Assembly: GCA_041168925.1 (NCBI GenBank)
Contig: JBEEJY010000005.1
Coordinates: 2,957-66,956 of the forward strand
Origin: Candidatus Parcubacteria bacterium
Lineage (GTDB): Bacteria > Patescibacteriota > Minisyncoccia > Phycocordibacterales > UBA2100
DNA: 64,000 nt
Direction: 5' to 3'
This document shows, piece by piece, positions 27,520 to 35,990 of this stretch. Under the pieces are notes generated by a model, which was not told the origin of the DNA, made no database searches, and was given only the letters and a program-made list of their open reading frames with translations. The position numbers and the translations under genes were made by a program. Each line of letters starts with the position of its first letter. Position 1 is the stretch's first letter.

Positions 27520-29133
27520 CTAGCGCGCTTCAACGCTCTGCCCTTCACGCAGCCCGCGCGCATCGGTCACGATCTGCATATCGGCGCTGACGCCCTCGGT
27601 GATTTCGATGCGGTCGCCGAGGAGCGCGCCGAGCTTTACTTCGTGCGCGACAAGCGCCGAGTCCGCGCCGACCGTGAAGACGGTCGTGCGATCCGCTTCG
27701 ACCTTCACGGCAGAGATCGGGATCGTTATGCGTGAGGTCACCGCAATCCCCGGAGCGACGCGCTCGATCCGCGCAAGGATCGACTGGCCGTTCAAAAGCG
27801 TTTTGCCCGGATCGGAGATTCCGATGCGCACTTCGATGCGTTTCGTGACGGGATCGAGCGCGGGCGCGATCTTGGTTACGATCCCCTTCGCCCCGCTGTC
27901 GAAGGATACGTTTTGGCCGACGGCGATCTCGCGCGCGTCGCTTTCCGATACATAGGCGATCACCTCGAGCGCGCTGTTGTTGGCAACGGTAACGACCGGC
28001 GAGCCTTGCGACACATGGTCGCCCACTTTAAGCGAAAAGGAATTGATGGTGCCGGAAATCGGCGCGCGCACGATCGTCTTCTCGAGACTTGCGCGCGCGG
28101 CCGCGACGGACCCTTGCGCTTGCTTGAGCGCCGCTTCGGCGGCGGCAATGTCTTCCGGCCGCGCGCCGACAACGCTTTCTTTGAGATTGTTCTCGGCCAT
28201 TTGGAGCGCAAGATGCGCGCTCGAGAGCGTCGAAAGCACCGTGTTGATGCTCGCGCGCGCCGCCGTCGCATCGGAAAGATAGGCATCGATCGTCGACTGC
28301 GGGTACTCGGGAGCCGCGATGCCCGCGTTTAGGGTGGCGATGACGGTGTCAAGGAAATCGCGAACTTGCCGCACCTCCGTGGTCGTCGTGTCGAACTCCG
28401 CATGCAAATCATCGTCGGTTGAAAGATCGGCGGCACGCGTTTTTTCCCGCGCGAGTACGCTGTTGAGGGCGATGCGCCCGTCTTCCGCATTGATCTTCAC
28501 CTGCGAGTCGTATGCGAGAATCTTGAAGCGCGGGGAGACGCCGTTGGGACTGATGAAAAACGGATCCGTCGTGCCGCGGATGGCATTGTCGACCGCGGTG
28601 TAGGCGGAAAGCAGCGCATTCACGGCGCCTTGCTGGCCCGCGTTGAGCGATGCCTGGAGCGTCGATTTTTCCTCGGCGCGCGCGCCGCTTTTTACCTTAT
28701 CGAGCGCCGCCTGCGCCGCATCTTGCGCTCCCTGCGCTTGCAGGAGCGCTGCTTGCTGCGAAGCGTTCTCCAGCGCGACGATCGAAGCGCCGGCGCCGAC
28801 GACATCACCAAGGCCATAGTACGCGCGCGTGATACGACCTGAACTCTCCGCAAGCACCGTCGCCTCCGATTTCGCGCTTACCGTGCCGACGATCTCAAGC
28901 GGAGAGGATTCCGCCGCGAGCGCGGCGACCGAGCGAACTTCGACCTGTCGTATCGAGAGCGCGGGAACAGGTGTCGAAGGCCCGATGTAAGCATGCGCCG
29001 CGAGTCCGCCGACAATGACAACCGCACCGGCAATGCCGATCTTCCACCAGCCGACGCGATTCGCGAATTCGACAAACGCCGTGGCGACGGCCCGTACGAT
29101 CGCCCAAATTCTCTCGAAAATAGTCGCGAACAC
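27520..29133 (-). CDS. RND adaptor (membrane fusion protein) with long alpha-hairpin
   Basis: Split lipoyl motifs, IVRAPISG, IAPALDPVT, GARGLREGQ-like end; GTG start. Confidence 0.9.
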   Translation of the reverse strand: MFATIFERIWAIVRAVATAFVEFANRVGWWKIGIAGAVVIVGGLAAHAYIGPSTPVPALSIRQVEVRSVAALAAESSPLEIVGTVSAKSEATVLAESSGRITRAYYGLGDVVGAGASIVALENASQQAALLQAQGAQDAAQAALDKVKSGARAEEKSTLQASLNAGQQGAVNALLSAYTAVDNAIRGTTDPFFISPNGVSPRFKILAYDSQVKINAEDGRIALNSVLAREKTRAADLSTDDDLHAEFDTTTTEVRQVRDFLDTVIATLNAGIAAPEYPQSTIDAYLSDATAARASINTVLSTLSSAHLALQMAENNLKESVVGARPEDIAAAEAALKQAQGSVAAARASLEKTIVRAPISGTINSFSLKVGDHVSQGSPVVTVANNSALEVIAYVSESDAREIAVGQNVSFDSGAKGIVTKIAPALDPVTKRIEVRIGISDPGKTLLNGQSILARIERVAPGIAVTSRITIPISAVKVEADRTTVFTVGADSALVAHEVKLGALLGDRIEITEGVSADMQIVTDARGLREGQSVEAR

Positions 29134-29230
29134 GCACGTAGTTTACTAAACACCCGAGGAATTGTACAGAGGATAATTCGTCTTCTTCTCGAATTGCGGA
29201 GGGCGATATTTTGGCTATACTTCATCCGAT

Positions 29231-29305
29231 TCCCCGGTAACTCAATGGTAGAGTAACTCCCTGTTAAGGAGTGAGTTGTAGGTTCGAGTCCTACCCGGGG
29301 AGCCA
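29231..29305 (+). tRNA. tRNA-Asn(GTT)
   Basis: TCCCCGG/CCGGGGA acceptor, ACTCC-CTGTTAA-GGAGT anticodon arm, TTCGAGT T-loop, encoded CCA. Confidence 0.96.
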
Positions 29306-29336
29306 GAACTGATCGCCGCTTCGGCGCCGTTCTGCA

Positions 29337-29696
29337 ATGATGAATATAAAAATTATCAGCAAGCAGATCACTCTCGACGAAGTGCGCGTTCTCGCGAAGG
29401 AGACGTATCGCGACATGATAAAAGGCGTTGCAGACGTGCGGCGTGAGGTTATCGCGCTCGGTGGCGATTGGCATATGGACGCGAACGCGGTACTGCTCGC
29501 GGACGGATCGCAACAAAACGACGCGTGGGGATTCAACCTTTATCTCGACAAACACGGCGACGAAGCTTTGAAATTCGTTTCGCTTATCAACATTCGCCCC
29601 GCTCAAGGCAAGCGCAGTATGGAGCTCGAGGATAAGGAACTGCGCCACAAGATTTCTGCCATAGTACGGCGATGCGTTCCAGAGCTTTTCGTATGA
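29337..29696 (+). CDS. DUF5674 family protein
   Basis: IKGVADV, GGDWHMD, GSQQNDAWGFN, SLINIRPAQG. Confidence 0.85.
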   Translation: MMNIKIISKQITLDEVRVLAKETYRDMIKGVADVRREVIALGGDWHMDANAVLLADGSQQNDAWGFNLYLDKHGDEALKFVSLINIRPAQGKRSMELEDKELRHKISAIVRRCVPELFV

Positions 29697-29983
29697 ATGA
29701 TGATCGAGTTCTCTTCTACTTTGCCAACCTCGGCGCCGATATGATGCGATGCGCGCTCGCGGGAGAGGAAAAAAACATAGAAGAGTACAAATCATCGGTT
29801 GACAGGGCGTATCGAACCATATCCCTCCTTGATGCCGAAAACCAGCCCGGAGCGGCCGAAGAGGGCCGTCTCCTTATCCGGGCACTCGATTGCGCGCGAC
29901 TTTCGAACTCACTTCCTTCGTTCCGCAAACAATTGAACGATTTGGTTGAGCCGCACGTGATTCGTCTGTGCGCCAGGCGATAA
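29693..29983 (+). CDS. Small helical partner protein of DUF5674
   Basis: ATGA overlap; FANLGADMMR..VDRAYRTISLLD four-helix pattern. Confidence 0.75.
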   Translation: MNDDRVLFYFANLGADMMRCALAGEEKNIEEYKSSVDRAYRTISLLDAENQPGAAEEGRLLIRALDCARLSNSLPSFRKQLNDLVEPHVIRLCARR

Positions 29984-30175
29984 AATTCAGAGACCACATA
30001 TGTGTTGAATCCGCGGTGAAATTGGCGAGGGTTCCCCTCGCCACAGATAAAATGACAAATGATATGACGTTGCATTCGCACCGAAAAAAGTTGTGTCCGA
30101 TGAACAGATTTAGCGACTTTTGGGATATTGTCAGCGGTGCGGCTTCACCGCGCCTGCATTTGCTCGCGGGGACTT

Positions 30176-30211
30176 TGCGCCACCCCTCGGTGCGCACCGA
30201 GGGGTGGCGCA
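30176..30211. repeat. Perfect 36-bp palindrome
   Basis: TGCGCCACCCCTCGGTGC|GCACCGAGGGGTGGCGCA. Confidence 0.85.
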
Positions 30212-30273
30212 GAATTCGGTTCGCGCTATTTCAAGCGTACCGAGCCAGATAGGAAATTTGATAAGATGGCAGA

Positions 30274-30702
30274 ATGAATCGCAGTCAGTCCGAAGAACGA
30301 TTTGAACAGCGAGTGCCTGCAGATCTTCGTAGGATCCTTGCCGCCAGTCCGAAAGCGAGCGTTCTGTGGAGCGGTCTCACGCCGATCGCTCGCAGAGATT
30401 TTATTACCTGGGTTGAGTCGGCCAAACGGCCGCAGACTCGTATGCGCCGCGCGAAAAGTATCCCCTCTCGGCTTGCAGCCGGGAAACGACGCCCTTGCTG
30501 CTTTGCTATAGTGCCGATGAATCTATACAAAGCCCTCGCGCTTATCCCGAAAGCAAAAACCGCGTGGAACTCCCTCACGCCGGCCGAACGCAGAAATTTT
30601 GTCGCTTGGATCGATACGGCAAAAACGTCGAATGAACGCGGGCAGCGAATCAACACGGTCTGCATGAGGCTTAAAGGCGGAAAAAGACACTTCCGATTTT
30701 AG
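30274..30702 (+). CDS. YdeI/OmpD-associated (OmdA) family protein with two tandem units
   Basis: VPADL..WSGLTPIARRDFITWVESAKRPQTR and VPMNL..WNSLTPAERRNFVAWIDTAK. Confidence 0.85.
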   Translation: MNRSQSEERFEQRVPADLRRILAASPKASVLWSGLTPIARRDFITWVESAKRPQTRMRRAKSIPSRLAAGKRRPCCFAIVPMNLYKALALIPKAKTAWNSLTPAERRNFVAWIDTAKTSNERGQRINTVCMRLKGGKRHFRF

Positions 30703-30774
30703 TCGCCTCGTAGTAATTCGGCCACGGGCGTGAGCGCCCGTGGCCTTGATGAATGAGCGTTTCTCTCCTGCGTG

Positions 30775-30921
30775 TCAGCAGAACTGCGGAGCCGAATCGC
30801 GTTTCCTGCGATTCGATGCCGCTTGCTGTTGCATCTGGCGGACCGCTTCCTCGTGCCCTTTGGCTTGTCTGGCGATCCGCAACACCTCATTCTCCTCTGC
30901 GTCGCTTACCGGCGACTCCAT
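30775..30921 (-). CDS. Putative 48-aa protein (below ORF-track cutoff)
   Basis: GGAGGA SD; MESPVSDAEENEVLRIARQAKGHEEAVRQMQQQAASNRRKRDSAPQFC; hairpin at 30720-30745. Confidence 0.4.
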   Translation of the reverse strand: MESPVSDAEENEVLRIARQAKGHEEAVRQMQQQAASNRRKRDSAPQFC

Positions 30922-31102
30922 AAGCTCCTCCGTATCCTGGAACGCATCCTCTCAACTCGAGAAACGAGAACAGCTGCCCCGGTTGGCCGAGGCTTGCCGC
31001 TCACACTTCAGGAGCGAGGATGTCTCTATATACTACCAGGAGCACATCTTCATTACAAACAAATTGCGCGATGTTATAGTGCAAAGGGCAGTGGAGACAT
31101 GC

Positions 31103-31264
31103 ATGACAAAAGCGCGTGCACTCGAGGCCGCGGCCCGAATCCGCGAGATGGCGGCGAAAGAGAAAGACCCGATCGAAAAAGCGCAGCTCGAAGAGATCGC
31201 GGCGCGATGGGATTTGCTCGCCCAATATTACGCGGCGAAAGAGAAGGCGGCCGACAGCAAATAA
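31103..31264 (+). CDS. 53-aa helical-hairpin protein
   Basis: TATAGT -10, GGAG SD, MTKARALEAAARIREMAAKEKDPIEKAQLEEIAARWDLLAQYY; GC hairpin plus T-rich tract after stop. Confidence 0.65.
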   Translation: MTKARALEAAARIREMAAKEKDPIEKAQLEEIAARWDLLAQYYAAKEKAADSK

Positions 31265-31333
31265 CTGGCGCAGCGAAAGCGGCGCCGTTTCTTTACTGTT
31301 GACGGGTATGCGCGAGGAGCATAAGCTGCCGGC

Positions 31334-31873
31334 ATGGCCACCTCGTACGAAGAGTACCGGGATCGTATCATCACGCTTCACGACTATCCGACTGTCATCG
31401 ACGAAGCGCGACGCGAGTATGAAGTCGCGACCGTCCAGGCACTGCCCGTAACCGGGCTCGACGTGCCTTTTTTGCTTGAGCGCGAGTATGCCGACGCCCT
31501 GATCGATCGCGGCGAAGCGGAGATGGCGCGCAGAGTGATCGAGCGGATGAAACTCTCCTACCCTATTCGCACCGCACAAGATCTCGTGCGCTCGCTCGAG
31601 TATCGTCTCTCGACCATGCAAAAGATCGACGCGCGGATAACGGCGACCCTCGAACAGGCGCGGCGTGAAGCAAGGGAAGATATGAATCAGCACACCATTC
31701 TTCTGGTCGCGCTCACGGCGGGGATTATCGCGATATTCGGGGCAGCGACTGCGATCTTCCGCGCATCAAGCTACGACGAGGCGTGGATGACCTTCATGGG
31801 CGTCAGTTTTGCGGTGATCATGCTTGTCTTCGTCGCCTTCGCTTGCAACTATCTCTTCCGCGGGAGAAAATAA
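31334..31873 (+). CDS. Hypothetical protein, helical domain plus two C-terminal TM
   Basis: Protein-like composition; two hydrophobic helices at the end. Confidence 0.7.
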   Translation: MATSYEEYRDRIITLHDYPTVIDEARREYEVATVQALPVTGLDVPFLLEREYADALIDRGEAEMARRVIERMKLSYPIRTAQDLVRSLEYRLSTMQKIDARITATLEQARREAREDMNQHTILLVALTAGIIAIFGAATAIFRASSYDEAWMTFMGVSFAVIMLVFVAFACNYLFRGRK

Positions 31874-31877
31874 AGCG

Positions 31878-32090
31878 ATGAATCTTCGACGCTGGCTGCT
31901 GTACGTCACGAACAACGAGGAGCGCTCGCGCCACGAAGAGGAGTTCGATATCGCTTTTTTTATAGTCAACACGTTGGCTGTCATCGTAGGCAGCGCCTAT
32001 CTGGCGTACGTCGATGAGTGGCAATGGATCCCTTTCCTCGTTATAGAGTACACCTGGGCAATGGACACGATGCGCCACAACAGGCCCTAG
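31878..32090 (+). CDS. Small membrane protein (70 aa)
   Basis: Starts 4 nt after upstream stop; two hydrophobic segments. Confidence 0.65.
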   Translation: MNLRRWLLYVTNNEERSRHEEEFDIAFFIVNTLAVIVGSAYLAYVDEWQWIPFLVIEYTWAMDTMRHNRP

Positions 32091-32134
32091 CGATGTTCCA
32101 GGCACTCTCGCGAGGTCCTCACTGCAATTGCCCG

Positions 32135-32248
32135 TCAAGCATCGGCTTCCACTGGCTCTCCGACGTCCTTGTCGACGCTATCGTGGGCTCGCTTGTCGGT
32201 GTTGTTGTAGCAAAAAGTTTTTTGCGAATAACTGCGCCAGCAGTATAA
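32135..32248 (+). pseudogene. C-terminal remnant of a PAP2 phosphatase
   Basis: IGFHWLSDVLVDAIVGSLVG is PAP2 motif C3; rest of the gene absent. Confidence 0.6.
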
Positions 32249-32311
32249 TCGCGGGAGACCGCGCGAGACTTGCTCGCTCGGCTATCGCAGCACATCCAAC
32301 GGAGCCCAAGC

Positions 32312-32605
32312 ATGTTTTCAGTCGGTTCGACAAGGCCAAATTTCTACACTGGAAAGCGACAGAGAAGACCTGCGGCTGAGCCAACACAGAATACCGAGGC
32401 CGTTCGTGTTCGTAGCTACGACATAACCGTCGAACTTTTGGCGAACGGCATGTGGCAGCTGACAACTAGATACCGTCAGCGTCCCGGTGGGGACAAGGAA
32501 CTGCACGCCGAGGTGGGAACGGCACTGCCTCACATGCTCGCTACGAGCAGCGACAAGATCAACGCGAACGAGAAAAAGATTCGCGAAACTGGCAGTTCCG
32601 CCTAA
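32312..32605 (+). CDS. Hypothetical protein (ORFan)
   Basis: GGAG SD; followed by hairpin GACCCCGG..CCGGGGTC. Confidence 0.5.
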   Translation: MFSVGSTRPNFYTGKRQRRPAAEPTQNTEAVRVRSYDITVELLANGMWQLTTRYRQRPGGDKELHAEVGTALPHMLATSSDKINANEKKIRETGSSA

Positions 32606-32660
32606 CGAGCGAACGTTGCTCGATCCAGCCTCCGACCCCGGTTTCGACCGGGGTCATTCA

Positions 32661-33191
32661 TTACCACAGGTACGGGTAATTGCCGTTGCAGTTGTAATTG
32701 TAGTTGTAGTTGTAGTTGCCGTAGGAGCCGAGGCCGTAGTATGGATAGTAGTTGCCGCAGCGGCCGCCATTGTAGTTGTAATTATAATTATAGTTGTAGC
32801 CGTACGATGGATACGAGACGTAATTCGGGTACGACTGGTAATTGGACGGGCACGACGGTGAATTCGAGTAATAGCTGCCGCACCAGTACATGCCGCTCCC
32901 GTAATTGTTGTAGCCGTAGTTGTAGGGATACTGGTAGTAGTTGTTGTTGTACGGATAAGAATAATTGTTGTAGGGATAGTAATTGTTGTAATAGTTGCTG
33001 TTGTAGCACGGATAGTACGAGAGATTGCCGTTGCACCAATACGTCGGGCTATACGTGTTGTTCGAGCCGTACCCGCCGTAGTAGCTGGAGGGATACATGT
33101 ACGACTGCGCGTGGGTCGTAAGCGGAATGGCCGATAAGGCGATCACGAGGAGAACGAACACGCTGATAATCTTCATCGATAAGGTGTTCAT
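32661..33191 (-). CDS. Secreted Tyr/Asn-rich low-complexity protein
   Basis: TTGCAC-N17-TAGACT promoter, Sec signal ending THA-QS, strong TAC/AAC codon bias. Confidence 0.8.
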   Translation of the reverse strand: MNTLSMKIISVFVLLVIALSAIPLTTHAQSYMYPSSYYGGYGSNNTYSPTYWCNGNLSYYPCYNSNYYNNYYPYNNYSYPYNNNYYQYPYNYGYNNYGSGMYWCGSYYSNSPSCPSNYQSYPNYVSYPSYGYNYNYNYNYNGGRCGNYYPYYGLGSYGNYNYNYNYNCNGNYPYLW

Positions 33192-33302
33192 ATGCGCGCA
33201 GTCTACTCCCGCGCTATTTTGGGTGCAAGTTTCGGCCATATTGACACCCGCATTCCGTCGTTTTACGGTGCAAGCAGTACCACGATCTTTCGGAGGAAGG
33301 AC

Positions 33303-34397
33303 ATGCATGCGACAGCTGATGACATTGCGTCTGTAGTGACGCGACGATTTGCCGAGGCGGGAATACGGCTCGGCACGCTAGGGAGCGACGCCGACATCAT
33401 CATGACGCCGGCTGCATACCCCCTGTTTCTCAAAGGCGGCACGGGCGTTGGTGACGCGTTCAAGTTCGGCCATTGCAGAGCAGGAGCCATGTCCATCAAG
33501 GATTTCACGACGGCGCGCATCAAGGCACGTATGCTGGACAAGCCGGAGAAAACGAACGCATCGCAGCAGAGCCTCGAGAGCGGGCCGCTCATCGCGGAAC
33601 ACTACGAGGCGGGCAACGGCTTCTACGAGACGATCCTCGACCCCTACATGCAGTACTCCTGCGCCATCTTCGACGAACGGCATGCGACTCTCGATACCGC
33701 CCAGCGCAACAAGCTGCTTCTGACCGGATGCAAGCAGCACCTCGCGGCCGGGGATTCGCTTCTTGATATCGGCTGCGGCTGGGGCGGATTGCTCCGGCAT
33801 CACAACGAGAGGTGGCAGACGGTCGGAACCGGCATCACGCTCTCCGACCGGCAGCTCGAGCTTGCGCGAAAGCACAATGCCGGACGGTCCAACACGTTTC
33901 TCAACAGGAACTACCGGGAGCTCGAAGGCGAGTGGGATCACATCGTGTCCGTGGGAATGTTCGAGCATGTGGGTACCGAGCACTACGACGCCTTTTTCAG
34001 CCGCTGCAAGCGAATCTTGAAACCCGGCGGAGATATGCTGCTCCATGCGATTCTCGGGATCGTAGAAGGCGGCATGGATCCGTGGCTCGAGGCCAACATC
34101 TTTCGCGGCGGCGAACTCGGGACGAAAAAGCTCGTCGAGACGTCAATTCGCGGTAAGTTCGTCGCGATGGATTGGCATCGCATCGGCAAGAACTACGCCC
34201 CGACCCTGATGGCATGGAACAAGAACCTCCATGACTACTGGGACTATCTGGTATCCGAAGGTTATAGGGTCGACTTTCTTCGCATGCACGACTACTATCA
34301 GCAAGAGTGTGCCGCGCGATTCGAGTACGGCATTATTACCGTCTACCAAACCCACCTCTTCCATGAGTGGCAGGATGGGTACGTCCCCGTTCGCTGA
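33303..34397 (+). CDS. cfa: Cyclopropane-fatty-acyl-phospholipid synthase family methyltransferase
   Basis: HYEAGN, DPYMQYSCA, LDIGCGWGG, VSVGMFEHVG, NYAPTLMAW; GGAGG upstream. Confidence 0.85.
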   Translation: MHATADDIASVVTRRFAEAGIRLGTLGSDADIIMTPAAYPLFLKGGTGVGDAFKFGHCRAGAMSIKDFTTARIKARMLDKPEKTNASQQSLESGPLIAEHYEAGNGFYETILDPYMQYSCAIFDERHATLDTAQRNKLLLTGCKQHLAAGDSLLDIGCGWGGLLRHHNERWQTVGTGITLSDRQLELARKHNAGRSNTFLNRNYRELEGEWDHIVSVGMFEHVGTEHYDAFFSRCKRILKPGGDMLLHAILGIVEGGMDPWLEANIFRGGELGTKKLVETSIRGKFVAMDWHRIGKNYAPTLMAWNKNLHDYWDYLVSEGYRVDFLRMHDYYQQECAARFEYGIITVYQTHLFHEWQDGYVPVR

Positions 34398-34417
34398 CGC
34401 AACGGCCTGCAAACGAA

Positions 34418-34450
34418 GCGGCCGCCCCGGAGGGGCGGCCGCACTCTTTT
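34418..34450. terminator. Terminator hairpin between convergent cfa and SWIB genes
   Basis: GCGGCCGCCCC-GGA-GGGGCGGCCGC then ACTCTTTT. Confidence 0.7.
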
Positions 34451-34473
34451 CAGCCCATTTCAGTATGTCCCAG

Positions 34474-34731
34474 CTACTTGAGGTGTGCCGAGACCAATTT
34501 CGTCATCTCGAACATGTTGACCGTCCCCTTCCCGCCGAACACCTTCCTCAATTTGTCATCGGCATTGATATTGCGTCTGTTTTGCGAATCCTGAAGGCTG
34601 TGCTTCTTTATGTATTCCCAAAGCTTTTTCACCACCTCCCCGCGCGACATCGGACCCCTCCCCACCACCGCCTCTAGGTCTCCCGAGAGATTCATTGGCT
34701 TCAAGAGCGCCGGATTAGCCTTTCGTACCAT
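34474..34731 (-). CDS. Stand-alone SWIB/MDM2 domain protein
   Basis: LEAVVG..MSRGEVVKKLWEYIKKHSLQD..INADDKL..MFEMTKLVSAHL. Confidence 0.93.
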   Translation of the reverse strand: MVRKANPALLKPMNLSGDLEAVVGRGPMSRGEVVKKLWEYIKKHSLQDSQNRRNINADDKLRKVFGGKGTVNMFEMTKLVSAHLK

Positions 34732-34853
34732 AGTAATTCATTTTTTAGCTTGTATATGGCAAGTATACCTACCCTATGGGGGCTGCAAGGACCCCTGTGG
34801 ATAGACGGGGCCGCCCCCGTTGATACGAAGGGCGGCGCCTCCAAGCAAATCTT

Positions 34854-35084
34854 TTACAATCCACCCGCGCCGCAGTCTTTGCAGCGATTCTTATGCGTCG
34901 CGATCTCGTACACCGCCGAAACGCCGACGAGTACGTAAACGAGCCACTCGAGTGCCGGCCACGAGCCGAGGATCATTTTCACGACGTTCCAGTTGCCGCC
35001 CACGAATTCTCCGAGTCCTACGAGACCCCAGTTCAAGGCACCCACGATCATGAGGATCCAACTCACCATGTGCATCCATTTCAT
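34854..35084 (-). CDS. DUF378 domain membrane protein
   Basis: LMIVGALNWGLVG, VYVLVGVSA, C-terminal CKDC. Confidence 0.9.
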   Translation of the reverse strand: MKWMHMVSWILMIVGALNWGLVGLGEFVGGNWNVVKMILGSWPALEWLVYVLVGVSAVYEIATHKNRCKDCGAGGL

Positions 35085-35446
35085 AGCGTTTACTGCGAGG
35101 AACATTGGCTGGTAATCTCGACCCCGCCGCCTCGGACAGGCCTTGGTTGTATGCTCGTAGTATCGCGCGCATTCTTGAGAGGTGCCAGGCCCTGCAAGCT
35201 GTCTCTGTGCATTTCGCGCAGGACGGGGGCAGGCCCGATATGTCAAGCTTCTCTGATTTAAGCGGGCTTCACGCTCGCTTCAGCACGCAATCGCTAGGAT
35301 ACTCGCAGGCAGCGCTCATTCATGATTAGTAATCGTAAACAGACATCCACTACCATGAGGAGAAGCGCGTACGATCTGCGGAAGATCGTCATGTGAGCCG
35401 GGGCGGCCCGAAGCTTAAAGCGAGGGCCGCCCCGGCGCGTACGGGC

Positions 35447-35884
35447 TTATCCGCCGTTTTTCGCTTTCTCGGCTTCGTACACGCGTTTGCGCAACTCGGT
35501 CGTCGACCATCCGTGGTCGCGGGTGTTGTAATAGACCGGGAGCGGCAATCCGCGACCGGTATAGGGCTTGTCTTTATATTCGACGCCGAGGATCCGCACA
35601 TCGATGCCGAGCGCGTTTTCGGTAAGAATTCTGAGTAGATCGGCCTCGGTGTCGTAGTGAACGATCTCGTCGATATATTTGATGCTTCGCAAAATGATCT
35701 CTCTCTCTTTAATCGACATGATCGGACGATTTTTTACTCCCGGCCGATCGAGCGAAGGATCGCTGTGCAGTCCGATGATGAGGTAATCGCACTGTTCCTT
35801 TGCCTCCTCAAACATGAGCATGTGCCCCGCGTGGCAGAGATCGAACGCACCTGCAGTGAATCCGACCTTCTTGCCGTCTTTCAT
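35447..35884 (-). CDS. TagD-like cytidylyltransferase
   Basis: GAFDLCHAGH (HxGH), LIIGLHSDP, R..GWSTTELR. Confidence 0.88.
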   Translation of the reverse strand: MKDGKKVGFTAGAFDLCHAGHMLMFEEAKEQCDYLIIGLHSDPSLDRPGVKNRPIMSIKEREIILRSIKYIDEIVHYDTEADLLRILTENALGIDVRILGVEYKDKPYTGRGLPLPVYYNTRDHGWSTTELRKRVYEAEKAKNGG

Positions 35885-35990
35885 TGGTCCGTAGCATAGC
35901 ACAGGATGGAGAGGATCACGATTGAGTGCGGGTTTTGACCGCCAGAAAGGTTCGTGGTTGAATCGTCGCGGAACAGCAAGGGAGACGGCG

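Noticed and set aside
24399-29133. RND pump lacking an outer-membrane factor as a novel system
   Set aside because: Common in organisms without an outer membrane
32661-33060. GTAGTT/GTAATT repeats as CRISPR or microsatellite
   Set aside because: They are Tyr-Asn codons of the minus-strand protein; no repeat-spacer structure or cas genes
29231-33200. Prophage or integrative element at tRNA-Asn
   Set aside because: No integrase, phage structural gene or duplicated tRNA 3' end seen; treated as an accessory islet
35085-35440. tmRNA or RNase P RNA in the long intergenic gap
   Set aside because: No tRNA-like ends and no GAGGAAAGUCC core recognised
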